Positions 12,345 through 26,073 of a stretch of DNA of 64,000 bases are shown here, piece after piece. Each line of letters starts with the position of its first letter. Position 1 is the first letter of the stretch. The translations under genes and the position numbers were made by a program. The DNA is from an uncultured Gemmatimonadaceae bacterium (GTDB taxonomy: Bacteria; Gemmatimonadota; Gemmatimonadetes; Gemmatimonadales; Gemmatimonadaceae). The DNA is taken from assembly GCA_963751275.1 (NCBI GenBank), contig CAVVTZ010000011.1:320001-384000 (forward strand), read 5' to 3'. Below the pieces are notes generated by a model. The model was not told the DNA's origin and made no database searches. It worked only from the letters and a program-made list of their open reading frames with translations.

Positions 12345-12368
12345 TCTGGGAATATAGGGGCGGACGTC

Positions 12369-12442
12369 GACTGACGATTGACGACTGACGACTGCGGAGA
12401 ACTCACGCGCAGTTCGCCGGCGTCAGGCGTCAGTCGTCAGTC
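12369..12442. repeat. Inverted heptamer-repeat hairpin
   Basis: (YTGACGA)x3 at 12371-12391 faces (KCGTCAG)x3 at 12420-12440 around an inner stem CGGAGAACT/AGTTCGCCG. Confidence 0.75.
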
Positions 12443-12456
12443 TGCCGTTGTCGTTG

Positions 12457-12500
12457 AAAAAAAGAACCCCGGATGAGAGAAGATCTCGACCCGGGGTTCC
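12457..12500 (-). terminator. Rho-independent terminator of the rRNA operon
   Basis: Minus strand GAACCCCGG...CCGGGGTTC stem followed by a T7 run, just 3' of 5S. Confidence 0.9.
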
Positions 12501-12506
12501 AAGGAG

Positions 12507-12624
12507 TGCCGGCGACGGCCTACTCTCCCGCGCTCTCTCGATCGGAGTACCATCGGCGCTGTAGGGCTTAACGATCGTGTTCGGAATGGGAACGAGTGTG
12601 GCCCCTACGCTCTAGTCGCCAGCG
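12507..12624 (-). rRNA. rrf: 5S rRNA
   Basis: CCCATTCCGAACACGATCGTTAAGCC and GATGGTACT...GGGAGAGTAGG conserved 5S motifs; ends approximate. Confidence 0.97.
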
Positions 12625-12746
12625 ATCATCTATGGAGTACGGATGACAGCGCTGTAGAAGAATACGGAATGGTGTAGATCGTGGGTAAGAAAATCGTCCT
12701 CGTATAGATCATGCGTTGCTCTGCGTGATTGCCAATTAAATGGGGA

Positions 12747-15735
<2,989 letters not shown>

Positions 15736-15831
15736 AAATTCGTCTTACAAAGCACGCGCGTTCTATCTCGAGTGACGAAATTACAAAGTCGTCTTGTGAT
15801 GATTCGCTTCCCACGATCTACACCACTTCGA

Positions 15832-15843
15832 TTGTCAAAGAGC
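15832..15843 (-). promoter_or_regulatory. boxA antitermination site in the 16S-23S spacer
   Basis: GCTCTTTGACAA, close to consensus TGCTCTTTAACA; near-identical to the leader copy. Confidence 0.75.
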
Positions 15844-15999
15844 GTGACACGCGCGCCGGCGTCCCGCGGGGCGCGCGGACAGTGCAGCATCGGAATCGGA
15901 AATCGAGAGAGGTGCGAACGAGGCGGGCGACTTACCAGAGGCCTTTCGTCCGAGCTCATCCGACGCTTTCGCGCGGATGGCCGGCCTACTCGTCGCTCC

Positions 16000-17540
<1,541 letters not shown>

Positions 17541-17695
17541 TTTTGAAGATTTGAAAGGCTCTTCGAAACGCCGTCACGCTGTCGCGTGACAGCGTATCCG
17601 AATCACTTTGATTGTTCAGGTTGAACTCTCCCCCGCGCCCTGAAATAGCCCGGGATCAATGAGTTCGCCTCGCACAACCGTTCTCTCGTTTTCGA

Positions 17696-17707
17696 TTGTC
17701 AAACAGC
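17696..17707 (-). promoter_or_regulatory. boxA in the rRNA leader
   Basis: GCTGTTTGACAA(TCG), mirrors the spacer boxA. Confidence 0.7.
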
Positions 17708-17748
17708 GTCATTGCAAATTTTCGGTGTCGTTTTCACGACAGCCTCTC

Positions 17749-17778
17749 AACTTAAACCGCGTGCTCCCGATCGGTCAA
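17749..17778 (-). promoter_or_regulatory. Putative rrn P2 sigma70 promoter
   Basis: TTGACC-N18-TAAGTT upstream of the leader boxA. Confidence 0.6.
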
Positions 17779-17870
17779 GGCTTTAGCGAAACTTTCCGTC
17801 GCCGACCCGATCTCCCCTCACCCAGAGCCACTCGCGATTGCGAGCAACAAAAATGCGGTGAGAGCCAAGC

Positions 17871-17899
17871 AATGTACGCGCAAATCCCGAAGGTGTCAA
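17871..17899 (-). promoter_or_regulatory. Putative rrn P1 sigma70 promoter
   Basis: TTGACA-N17-TACATT, about 120 bp upstream of P2. Confidence 0.75.
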
Positions 17900-17918
17900 T
17901 GGTCGCATCCCTCGGACT

Positions 17919-18416
17919 TCACTGCGTCGGCGCCGCGAAATTGCCGCACGCCACGGTCGTCTCACCATTCGCCGCCGACGCACGGACGCTCACGTAGTAG
18001 TACCCGCTCACCGGCGTATCGAGCGCGACGGTCGCCGTCGAGGAACCCTTCCCCTCGCTGCCGACCGTGATCGGCGCGTAGTTCGCCTGCACGCCGTAGA
18101 CGCCATCGTCCGATCCGCACTGCCCCATGTGCACGGCCCACGGATGCACGCCGCCCGGCGTCGAGTTCGCGACGTTGAGCACGAGTTCAGTGGTCCCGCT
18201 CTTCTTGCCCGGCGTCATCGACGCCGTCCCGGTCATCTGCACCACGCCGGCGAGTTCGGCGGGACTCGCGATCGACGCGTGCCACCGCGCGTTCACGTTC
18301 ACATCCTTCGCGCTCACCGTCACGGCGGGTTTCGATTGGAAGGCGCTGCAGGCGGCGAGCGCCAGCGAGGCGGCCAGCGCGAATGCCGCGGGCGCCAGGG
18401 GTCGGCGAAAATTCAT
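17919..18416 (-). CDS. Lipoprotein with degenerate Cu/Zn-SOD-like/CHRD-like beta-sandwich
   Basis: Signal peptide with lipobox LAAC; GVHPWAVHMGQCG and C-terminal VACGNF. Confidence 0.6.
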   Translation of the reverse strand: MNFRRPLAPAAFALAASLALAACSAFQSKPAVTVSAKDVNVNARWHASIASPAELAGVVQMTGTASMTPGKKSGTTELVLNVANSTPGGVHPWAVHMGQCGSDDGVYGVQANYAPITVGSEGKGSSTATVALDTPVSGYYYVSVRASAANGETTVACGNFAAPTQ

Positions 18417-18497
18417 GGGATCTCCGGAATGTTCGAGGGGCGCCGCCTCGTTGCTGCCCGAGCGCGGCACGTCCGGTGGAAGGGAGAGGATCACCCA

Positions 18498-18545
18498 TTG
18501 TCCAAACGGATAACACATATTAACATATATTGGACATTAGGTCAA
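18498..18545 (+). promoter_or_regulatory. tetR promoter with two palindromic operator candidates
   Basis: TTGTCC-N17-TAACAT (18498-18526); TTGTCCaaacGGATAA (18498-18513) and TTGGACattaGGTCAA (18530-18545) in an AT-rich patch. Confidence 0.65.
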
Positions 18546-18558
18546 CAGGAGAACGCGC

Positions 18559-19158
18559 ATGCCCGGCAAGAAAGCCCCCGAAGAGACGCGCCGCGAACAG
18601 ATCCTCGCCGCCGCGTACGACGTCGCCTCCCATAAGGGGATCGACGGACTCACGGTCCGCGCCGTGGCCGCCAAGGCGAAACTCAGCCACGGACTCGTCA
18701 TCTTCCACTTCAAACGGAAGGACCAGCTCCTGAGCGCGCTGCTCGAGCGCCTCCTCGCGTCCACGTCGGAGCTGCACGAGGCGCCCGCCATCGCCCGCAT
18801 CGCGGCGCCCCTCGAGCGGCTGCGTGCCCTGCTCCACCAGGAGATGGACCGGCTCGGCAACGATCCGCGCCGCGTTCGCCTCTTCTACGACTATTGGGTG
18901 CTCGGCACCCGGAACGCGCGTATCGGTGCGCGCATCGGCGCCGAACTCGAACGCTACCGCCAGTCGTTCCGCGCGATCATCGCCGACGTGATCCGCGCCG
19001 ACCCCAACCGCTTCCCGCAGGTGACGACCGAGGGACTCGCCGCCGTCATCGTCAGCTTCATCAACGGCTGCGCCGTGCAAGCCATGATCGATCCGAAGCA
19101 TTTCGATCTCGCGGAGTACCTCGCCGCCGCGGACGGTCTGCTCGGCCGGCTCGCGTAG
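18559..19158 (+). CDS. TetR/BetI-family transcriptional regulator
   Basis: RREQILAAA..GIDGLTVRAVAAKAKLSHGLVIFHFKRKDQLL HTH; SD AGGAG. Confidence 0.93.
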   Translation: MPGKKAPEETRREQILAAAYDVASHKGIDGLTVRAVAAKAKLSHGLVIFHFKRKDQLLSALLERLLASTSELHEAPAIARIAAPLERLRALLHQEMDRLGNDPRRVRLFYDYWVLGTRNARIGARIGAELERYRQSFRAIIADVIRADPNRFPQVTTEGLAAVIVSFINGCAVQAMIDPKHFDLAEYLAAADGLLGRLA

Positions 19159-19190
19159 CGGCGACGTTCCTCGTGCCTCGTTCCGAAAAC

Positions 19191-19227
19191 GAAGCCGCTC
19201 CGGGAGACCATCGCCCGGAGCGGCTTC
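19191..19227. terminator. Hairpin between convergent tetR and dinB-like genes
   Basis: 14-bp perfect stem GAAGCCGCTCCGGG / CCCGGAGCGGCTTC. Confidence 0.75.
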
Positions 19228-19263
19228 TTCGTCCCGCCTCGCGCGCGAGGCGCGGCGCGTCCG

Positions 19264-19804
19264 CTACTTCGGCGCCGGCTGGCTCGACGGCGGCACCATG
19301 CCGAGCATGCGGATATACGTCACCATGTTCCCATAGTGCTCGTTGTCGTGCGCGGTGTTCTCGAGCACGGCCCACATGCCATTCACATCCATCCCGAACA
19401 TCTTGAACTGCCGCTTCATCGCGTCGGCATCGTGCATTGCGTACGCCTTCTGGCAGTACTCCGTGCTCGCCTTGAGCGCGGCGATGAGCGCGGTCTTGGT
19501 CGTCACGGTCTTCTCCACGTCGCCCTCGGCCGATGGCTTCTCGCCGAGCGCGGCGGCACAGAACATGTGCTGCGAGCCGGCGACGTGGCCGATGAGCTGG
19601 CCGAACGACCGCACGGTGGGCACCGGCTTGTAGGCGTAGAGCGACTCGGGCATCTGCTCGGCGGCCGTCGTGATGTATCCGATCGTGTTCATCCAGATCG
19701 TCTTGTCATTCGCGATCGCGGAGGGCGAGGCGGGAGCGACGGCGCGGGGCGCCGCCGCACCCAGGAGGGCGGCAAGGGACAGCAGCGAGAATGGTACGCA
19801 TCAT
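19264..19804 (-). CDS. Secreted DinB-family protein (apparent indel just after the start)
   Basis: AAEQMPESLYAYKP..RSFGQLIGHVA..HDNEHYGNMVTYIRMLGMVPPSS; SD GGAGG before ATG 19804; the signal-peptide-like VPFSLLSLAALLGAAAP is in frame with the body but not with the ATG. Confidence 0.85.
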
Positions 19805-20008
19805 GACAACGTGCCTCCGTTGAGTGGGCCCTCTGCGTGAGGGGATCACTGCGAGGGGTGGACCGGGATCATCTCCGCACAAGTATGCGATAGCGGGCGA
19901 GGGGGCGCTATCCGGACGCGACATCACGCTGCCCACTGGTGGCGCGGCGCCCGGGTGCGCCCGATACTTCCACGGCCCGATCGGACCACCCATGCTCCGG
20001 AGATCCCT

Positions 20009-20719
20009 GTGAAGATCTGTAGAGCGATCGTCGCGGCCCTGCTGGTGTCCGGAGGGCGAACCGCCGCGCAGTCGCCCGATCCGATGCCGACGGACTGGGC
20101 CAATCTCGAGAGGTTCCGCGCGGAGAACGCGAGACTCGGGATGCCGCGCCCCGGAGAGGATCGCGTGGTGTTCATGGGGAACTCGATCATCGAGATGTGG
20201 GCCCCGTACTTCAACGCCAGTTTTCCCGGGAAGCCGTACGTGAGGCGCGGCATCGGCGGGCAGACGACCCCGCAGATGCTGATCCGTTTTCGTCAGGACG
20301 TCGTCGCGCTGCGACCCGCGGTGGTCGTCATCCTCGGGGGGACGAATGACATCGCGGGGAACACTGGCCCTTCGACGCTAGAGCTGATCGAGGACAACCT
20401 CGCCTCCATGACCGAACTGGCGCACGCCAATGGGATCCGGGTGGTGCTTTGTTCGGTACTGCCCGTGTACGACTACCCGTGGAGACCGGGGTTGGCGCCG
20501 GCGGAGAAGATCATCGCACTCAACAACTGGCTAAAGTCCTATGCGGCCAGGAGCGGCGCGGTGTACGTGGATTACCACTCAGCGATGGCCGATGAGCGCG
20601 AGGGGATGAGACGGGAACTATCGGATGATGGGGTGCATCCGAACGAGGCCGGCTATCGAGTGATGGCGCCGTTGACCGAGCGAGCGATCGAGGCCGCGCT
20701 CAGTCAGCCGCTCCGATAG
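20009..20719 (+). CDS. SGNH/GDSL hydrolase
   Basis: VVFMGNSI, GIGGQTT, GGTND, DGVHPN blocks; signal peptide; GTG start after GGAG. Confidence 0.93.
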   Translation: MKICRAIVAALLVSGGRTAAQSPDPMPTDWANLERFRAENARLGMPRPGEDRVVFMGNSIIEMWAPYFNASFPGKPYVRRGIGGQTTPQMLIRFRQDVVALRPAVVVILGGTNDIAGNTGPSTLELIEDNLASMTELAHANGIRVVLCSVLPVYDYPWRPGLAPAEKIIALNNWLKSYAARSGAVYVDYHSAMADEREGMRRELSDDGVHPNEAGYRVMAPLTERAIEAALSQPLR

Positions 20720-20729
20720 AGGCGGCGCG

Positions 20730-22880
20730 TCACGCTCGCACGATCACGTACGAGGCGATTTCCCCCGGCAGCGGACTCTGCGGGTTCGCGGGAGCGAACT
20801 TCCCCGTTCCCACCGGCGTCTGCAGCGTCTTGTTCGGCAGCCCCGGCACCGTGACCGTGCCGCCGGCGGTCATCCGGCCGGTCGCCGTCGGCACACCGGT
20901 GAATTTCCCGTCCGGGGACCATACGAGATCCGCGATGTGGTACACGGCGTAACGGGTGCCCGGCCGGATCCCGCAATCCCCGAGCTCGATGGCCGCCGCC
21001 TTCGTGTAGTTCACCACGCCGACCGTGGCGAGGATGCCGGTTTCGGTGTACGGACTCGCATTTACTTTGATCATGTTCGACGCCGGCAGCCCCATCTGCA
21101 GTGTGGACTTCATGTCGCCAACGCGATTCCGCCATGGGCCGTGGTCGTTCACGACTTGGTCGAACGCCATGCTCGACTCTCCCTCCACGCCGAAGAGCGT
21201 GTCGAACTTGGGCGGCTGGCCGTCGGGGCGCTCGACGGCGTCGTAATAGCTGTTCGCTCCCCATGCCCAGTGTGTTGGATCGCTCGGCATGCCGGTGTTG
21301 GGCACCACATCCCAGCACCCCACGCTGTCGGAATGCTTCCCCCCTCTTCCGCCATTCACGGTGCCCGTCGCGACGAGCACGTTCCCGCTCAACGATGCGG
21401 CGCGGAACGCGTTCACGGCGCATCCGCCCATGAAGTGGTTGTCCACGACCTTCACGTCGATGTTGTCGTGTGCGCTGTAGCCGATCGACGACTGGCCTCC
21501 CAGCACGCGAACGGAGAACGGCTTCATCGTCAGGTTCCGCTGGAACGTCCCCGCCACGACGGGCTGGCGGAACGAACCCCAGAGGATCGGCGGCGCCCAC
21601 AGGAGGTAATCGCCGATCGCGCCGCCGTGCGCGGGCGACGCGAGGAAGATGTTGTCCAGGAAATCCTGATTCTCGAGATTCCCGTGGTGCGCGTACGAGT
21701 GCACGAGCACGTTGTGGCCATAGGTGTTCCACAGGATGCACGCCTGCACCACCTTCCGGTCCGTACCGTGCGGGTCGGACTGCTCGTAGATGCCGTACCC
21801 GCTCGCGCCGTTGAAGCCGAGCGGATTCCCATTGTTGAAGGAGAGCAGCCCGTAATAGTGGACGCCCCCTTCGTTCGACCCGAAGAGGGAGAAGTTGTTG
21901 GTGCCGTGATTGTCGGAGATCACATGATAGAGATTCGTCGCGATCGCGGCGACGATCTGCACGCCGCCGTCGAGGCACCGGCTCACGCCGTCGAAGCTCC
22001 GGGACGGATCGGAATTGGTGACACGGAATCCGTACAGATCGACGTAGTCGCCTCCCTGCGAGCCGAGCAGGTTCAGCGTGCCCTGGCCCGACTTGATGGG
22101 CTTGCCCGGCACATAGCCATCGAGGATCGCACGGCCGAGCCCTGGGGAATCCTGGATGAGGCGAATGCGCGAAGTGGGAGTGCCCGACACGCGGAAGACG
22201 AAGCCATTCCCGTCCGCGGGCGAGTACACGCCATCGAGCATTCGGATGTCGGTGCCCGGCGGCGCGAAGTCGAGCGCGCGTTGCAGCGCTATGGGCGACG
22301 CGCGTGAACCCTCTCCCGCCGCGCTCCCCTGCGGCGCGACGAAGAGCGGATCGGGCACGGCGGACCAGACCACGACATCGGCAACGGTCTCCGGCACGGC
22401 GGTGGAGCCGGCGAAGCCGATGCGCGTGTTCGCGCCCAGTGCGGGACTCAGCGTGCCGTTGAACACATCGGCCATGAGCCGCGCGGACCACTTGCCTCCG
22501 TCCACGCTCAGGAGGATCGGCATTCCGCTCGACCACTTGGTGGACGGCGCGAGCTTCGTGAATCGTTGTTGCACGCCCTCAACCATTTCGATGAAGCACC
22601 ACACGCCGCTCACATTGTAGAGTTGCGCCCAGTTGTTCTCGTCGCGCATCGCGAAGCGGAAGCGGTAATGCTGCTGGGCGTTGGGGAGTGCGGCGCTCGG
22701 CGTGTAGCAGACCGTATACGTGGCGTGCCCGACCTCGATGCTCGCCAGCGCGTTCGGGGGGAGCGCCAGCGCATTGCCCGCGATCGCCGCGCCGCCGCTC
22801 GCGGACCAGCGTTGTCCCGTGAGCGCGGCGCCGAGCGGTCCGTCGGCGCGATCGAAATCGTCCCGGAGGTATGCGGGCAT
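20730..22880 (-). CDS. Hypothetical 716-aa protein, predicted right-handed beta-helix (pectin-lyase-like) with an N-terminal beta-sandwich module
   Basis: LFVAPQGSAAGEGSRASP..LQRALD..PPGTDIRMLDGVY (DUF1565-like start of a beta-helix); Asn/Gly-rich coils; N-terminal DDFDRADGPLG. Confidence 0.7.
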   Translation of the reverse strand: MPAYLRDDFDRADGPLGAALTGQRWSASGGAAIAGNALALPPNALASIEVGHATYTVCYTPSAALPNAQQHYRFRFAMRDENNWAQLYNVSGVWCFIEMVEGVQQRFTKLAPSTKWSSGMPILLSVDGGKWSARLMADVFNGTLSPALGANTRIGFAGSTAVPETVADVVVWSAVPDPLFVAPQGSAAGEGSRASPIALQRALDFAPPGTDIRMLDGVYSPADGNGFVFRVSGTPTSRIRLIQDSPGLGRAILDGYVPGKPIKSGQGTLNLLGSQGGDYVDLYGFRVTNSDPSRSFDGVSRCLDGGVQIVAAIATNLYHVISDNHGTNNFSLFGSNEGGVHYYGLLSFNNGNPLGFNGASGYGIYEQSDPHGTDRKVVQACILWNTYGHNVLVHSYAHHGNLENQDFLDNIFLASPAHGGAIGDYLLWAPPILWGSFRQPVVAGTFQRNLTMKPFSVRVLGGQSSIGYSAHDNIDVKVVDNHFMGGCAVNAFRAASLSGNVLVATGTVNGGRGGKHSDSVGCWDVVPNTGMPSDPTHWAWGANSYYDAVERPDGQPPKFDTLFGVEGESSMAFDQVVNDHGPWRNRVGDMKSTLQMGLPASNMIKVNASPYTETGILATVGVVNYTKAAAIELGDCGIRPGTRYAVYHIADLVWSPDGKFTGVPTATGRMTAGGTVTVPGLPNKTLQTPVGTGKFAPANPQSPLPGEIASYVIVRA

Positions 22881-22982
22881 GCGGTGTTGGGGATCGAGAC
22901 CGTGGCCGCCAACCCTTCCTTGCCACCTTCCGTATTGTAGCTACTTGCGCGACGGCCCTGACGCCAGCAGGTTCGCACCGCG

Positions 22983-23480
22983 ATGATGTATCTCCTCGTG
23001 ATGGCCGCCGTGTGCGGCGTGAGCTTGTGGTTCGCATCGCGCACGAATCGCGCCGCGAGGGCGCGGCACGACTCGGTCGTGTCCATGCGGCGAGACCTCG
23101 AACTGCTCGCCGAGGCGGACGTCGAGCGTGCGGACCAACTCGTTCAGGCGTACGCCGAGGTGTTGCAGCGCCGGCGGCCGTCGGATCAGCCGCTGCGGCG
23201 GGCGTCGGACCTGCCGGCGTCGAAGGAGCAGATCGGCGCCGCGATGTTCACGGTGGCGCGGTACGCGAGGACGCGGGCCCCGTCGGACTCAAAGGCGATG
23301 GAGACGCTCGTCTCCAACTATTCTCTGCTTGGGGAATTCGTGCCCGACGAGCTGGCGGCGCATGAACTCGCCGACCAGGCATCGATACAGAAGAGCGCCG
23401 CGGAGTGCGCGCGTCGGCGGGAAGAGATCACCGCATTCCTCGCGGAGCCGCCCGGCGGGGCGGCGGAGTCGCGAGCGTAA
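22983..23480 (+). CDS. Hypothetical protein with N-terminal membrane anchor
   Basis: 165-aa ORF, hydrophobic N-terminus, helical body, GC3-biased codons, followed by a hairpin. Confidence 0.6.
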   Translation: MMYLLVMAAVCGVSLWFASRTNRAARARHDSVVSMRRDLELLAEADVERADQLVQAYAEVLQRRRPSDQPLRRASDLPASKEQIGAAMFTVARYARTRAPSDSKAMETLVSNYSLLGEFVPDELAAHELADQASIQKSAAECARRREEITAFLAEPPGGAAESRA

Positions 23481-23498
23481 CCGGACGGCGGAATGCGA

Positions 23499-23529
23499 GA
23501 ACGACTCCGGCGAGTGGCCGGAGTCGTTC
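23499..23529. terminator. Hairpin between the hypothetical gene and the tRNA operon 3' end
   Basis: 13-bp stem GAACGACTCCGGC / GCCGGAGTCGTTC. Confidence 0.7.
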
Positions 23530-23560
23530 GCTATCGGCGTGCTTCGTGCAGTGTTGTCAG

Positions 23561-23633
23561 TGCGCCCTGAAGGAATCGAACCTTCAACCTAATGATTAAG
23601 AGTCATTTGCTCTGCCAATTGAGCTAAGGGCGC
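23561..23633 (-). tRNA. tRNA-Lys(CTT)
   Basis: GCGCCCT acceptor, AATGA-CT CTT AA-TCATT anticodon arm, GGTTCGATTCC; CCA not encoded. Confidence 0.97.
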
Positions 23634-23654
23634 AAACTGTATTCGTCGTGCACA

Positions 23655-23728
23655 CGCGCCAGGGAGGACTCGAACCTCCGACCCACAGCTTAGAAGGCTG
23701 TTGCTCTATCCACCTGAGCTACTGGCGC
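23655..23728 (-). tRNA. tRNA-Arg(TCT)
   Basis: GCGCCAG acceptor, ACAGC-CT TCT AA-GCTGT, GGTTCGAGTCC. Confidence 0.97.
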
Positions 23729-23774
23729 CTTCCCTCGATCGCGTGATCTTGTCACTCGCTTCACCGGCAAGAGG

Positions 23775-23848
23775 TCGGGGCGGCCGGATTCGAACCGGCG
23801 ACCTCCTGCTCCCAAAGCAGGCGCGCTACCAGGCTACGCTACGCCCCG
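23775..23848 (-). tRNA. tRNA-Pro(TGG)
   Basis: CGGGGCG acceptor, CCTGC-TT TGG GA-GCAGG, GGTTCGAATCC. Confidence 0.97.
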
Positions 23849-23884
23849 CGAGTCGCAACAAGCTATCGGGTAAAACGCGCTCGG

Positions 23885-24511
23885 TCAACCGGAGCGCGCG
23901 CCTTCGTGCATCGCGCGCACCAACGCCGCGAAGGCGCGGCCGCGATGGCTCACACGCTCCTTCGACACGCGATCCGCTTCGCCGAAGGTGACGCCCAGAT
24001 CATCGGAAAGGAAATACGGATCGTAGCCGAAGCCGCCGATGCCCACCGGCGTCTCGACGATGACGCCCGACGTTTCGCCGCGGCACACGAACTCCCTCTT
24101 CCCATCGGCGAACGCGGCGGCGCACACGTAGTGCGCGCTCCAGTCGGCCTTGTCCGCAAGCTCGCGCAGGAGCTTGGCGTTGTTCGCGTCGTCGAGCTCC
24201 TGCCCGGTGAGTTCCTTGCGTCCGCTCCAGCGTTTACTCCGCACGCCGGGCGCGCCGCCGAGCGCATGCACGGCGAGCCCGGAGTCATCGGCGACGACCG
24301 GGAGCCCGCCGCCGAGCGGCTGGAAGTAGCGCACCTTGGCGAGCGCGTTCTCCTCGAACGTGTCGTACGCCTCGATCAGCTCCTCGTCCGGCGACTCGGC
24401 GATCCCCGCCTGCGTGAGCGTGAGCGCCTCGAATCCCGCCTCCTCGAACAACGGCTCGAGCTCCCGCAGCTTGCCCGCGCTGCGCGTGGCGAGGAGGAGC
24501 CGGCGCGTCAC
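23885..24511 (-). CDS. rdgB: Non-canonical purine NTP pyrophosphatase (Ham1 family)
   Basis: [37 protein letters not shown]. Confidence 0.95.
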   Translation of the reverse strand: MTRRLLLATRSAGKLRELEPLFEEAGFEALTLTQAGIAESPDEELIEAYDTFEENALAKVRYFQPLGGGLPVVADDSGLAVHALGGAPGVRSKRWSGRKELTGQELDDANNAKLLRELADKADWSAHYVCAAAFADGKREFVCRGETSGVIVETPVGIGGFGYDPYFLSDDLGVTFGEADRVSKERVSHRGRAFAALVRAMHEGARSG

Positions 24512-25236
24512 CGCGCGAGCGCCGTGGCCTGCGCGGCGAGGAGCTGCCGGATGCCCCGCTCCGCGAGCACGGTGAGTCCGTCCATCGCGGCGCGGTCGAA
24601 GGTGCCGTGTTCGCCGGTGCCCTGCACTTCGACGAAGCGGTGCTCGCTGGTCATCACGACGTTCATGTCCACGTCGGCGCGCACGTCTTCGGTGTACTCG
24701 AGATCGAGGCGCGTCTCCGCGCCGATCATCCCGACGCTCACCGCCGCCACGCGGCGCCGCACCGGCGTCTTCGCGATCGACCCGCGCTTCACCAGCCAGT
24801 CGAAGGCATCGACCACCGCGACGCAGGCGCCGGTGATCGACGCGGTGCGCGTGCCGCCGTCGGCCTGCAGCACATCGCAGTCCACCTTGACCGTGTACTC
24901 GCCGAACTTGAAGTCGTCGAGCATCGCGCGCAGGCTGCGGCCGATCAACCGCTGGATCTCTTGCGTGCGGCCGCCGAGTTGCGCGCGCTCGCGCGCGGTC
25001 CGCGTGTGCGTGGCGCGCGGGAGCATCGCGTACTCGGCGGTGAGCCAGCCTTCCCCCTTGCCGCGCTTCCAGCCGGGCACGCCTTCCTCCACGCTCGCGG
25101 TGCAGAGCACGCGCGTCGAGCCGAACGCGATCAGGCAGGATCCCTCGGCGTTGGGTGCGGCGCCGCGCTCGAGCGTCACCGGGCGAAGGGCATTGTTCGC
25201 GCGGCCGGCGCGCGGAGCATCGTTAGCGCTGGTCAC
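24508..25236 (-). CDS. rph: Ribonuclease PH
   Basis: [55 protein letters not shown]. Confidence 0.98.
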   Translation of the reverse strand: MTSANDAPRAGRANNALRPVTLERGAAPNAEGSCLIAFGSTRVLCTASVEEGVPGWKRGKGEGWLTAEYAMLPRATHTRTARERAQLGGRTQEIQRLIGRSLRAMLDDFKFGEYTVKVDCDVLQADGGTRTASITGACVAVVDAFDWLVKRGSIAKTPVRRRVAAVSVGMIGAETRLDLEYTEDVRADVDMNVVMTSEHRFVEVQGTGEHGTFDRAAMDGLTVLAERGIRQLLAAQATALAR

Positions 25237-25678
25237 GGAGCTTCTCGATGATGGAGGTAGTGGACTGCCCGGGCGTGAGCGGGATGATCTTGACGGAGCC
25301 GCCCCACGATTCGACCTCGCGGCGGCCGACGACGGTGTCGGGGGCGTAGTCGCCGCCCTTCACGATGATGTCGGGGCGCAGCGCGACGATCAGCTCGAGC
25401 GGCGTGTCCTGCTCGAAGACGGCCACCGCGTCCACCGACTCGAGCGCGCCGAGCACGAGCGCGCGCTCGACGGCGGTTCGCACGGGGCGGCCGGGACCCT
25501 TGAGGCGCCGCACGGAGCCATCGCTGTTGACGCCGACGATGAGCGCGTCGCCGGCCGCGCGCGCCGCGGCGAGCACGTCGACGTGACCGGGATGGAGGAG
25601 ATCGAAGACGCCGTTGGTGAAGACCACCTTGCCGCGCACGCCGTCGCGCCAACGTCGGGCGGCGGCCCACGACATCAC
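25223..25678 (-). CDS. rfaE2: D-glycero-beta-D-manno-heptose 1-phosphate adenylyltransferase (RfaE domain II)
   Basis: [45 protein letters not shown]; start uncertain (25675-25714). Confidence 0.92.
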   Translation of the reverse strand: MMSWAAARRWRDGVRGKVVFTNGVFDLLHPGHVDVLAAARAAGDALIVGVNSDGSVRRLKGPGRPVRTAVERALVLGALESVDAVAVFEQDTPLELIVALRPDIIVKGGDYAPDTVVGRREVESWGGSVKIIPLTPGQSTTSIIEKLRDQR

Positions 25679-25710
25679 TTTCCCTGCCGGCGCGCGCGGC
25701 GCGACGGGCG

Positions 25711-26073
25711 TCAGAACACCCTCTCCACGTGCGGAGTCAGTTCGACCTCCTTCACGAAGCCGGGGAGTTCGATCGTCTCGATGTAATCGACCCAGATCCA
25801 GATCTGGTTGCCCTTGCGGCGGATCTGCAGCTTCTTGGCGGCCTCGGGGAGGTCGAGCGAGTCGGCCTTGGCGCGCAGATGCGTGAGGATCAGGTCGTTC
25901 GGCGTGTGCGCGGCGAAACGCGCCTGCTGGTCCATCGCATCCTGATACTCGTAGAACCGGAGCGCGACGACGCCGATGTTCCAGGCGAAGTAGCAGGCGG
26001 CAGCAAAGATGAGCAGGGTCAAGAGACAGCCGAGCCGCACCTTGCCGGGGCGGAGCCGCATACGTGTCACCAT
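25711..26073 (-). CDS. Small membrane protein with prepilin-like N-terminus (DUF4845-like)
   Basis: Basic leader RLRPG followed by LGCLLTLLIFAAACYFAW hydrophobic helix and an alpha/beta body. Confidence 0.55.
   Translation of the reverse strand: MVTRMRLRPGKVRLGCLLTLLIFAAACYFAWNIGVVALRFYEYQDAMDQQARFAAHTPNDLILTHLRAKADSLDLPEAAKKLQIRRKGNQIWIWVDYIETIELPGFVKEVELTPHVERVF

Noticed and set aside
17635..17644. GCGCCCTGAA matching the tRNA-Lys 3' end (23562-23571) as a possible att duplication
   Set aside because: Only 10 bp, lies inside the rRNA leader downstream of the promoters, and no integrase is present; likely chance
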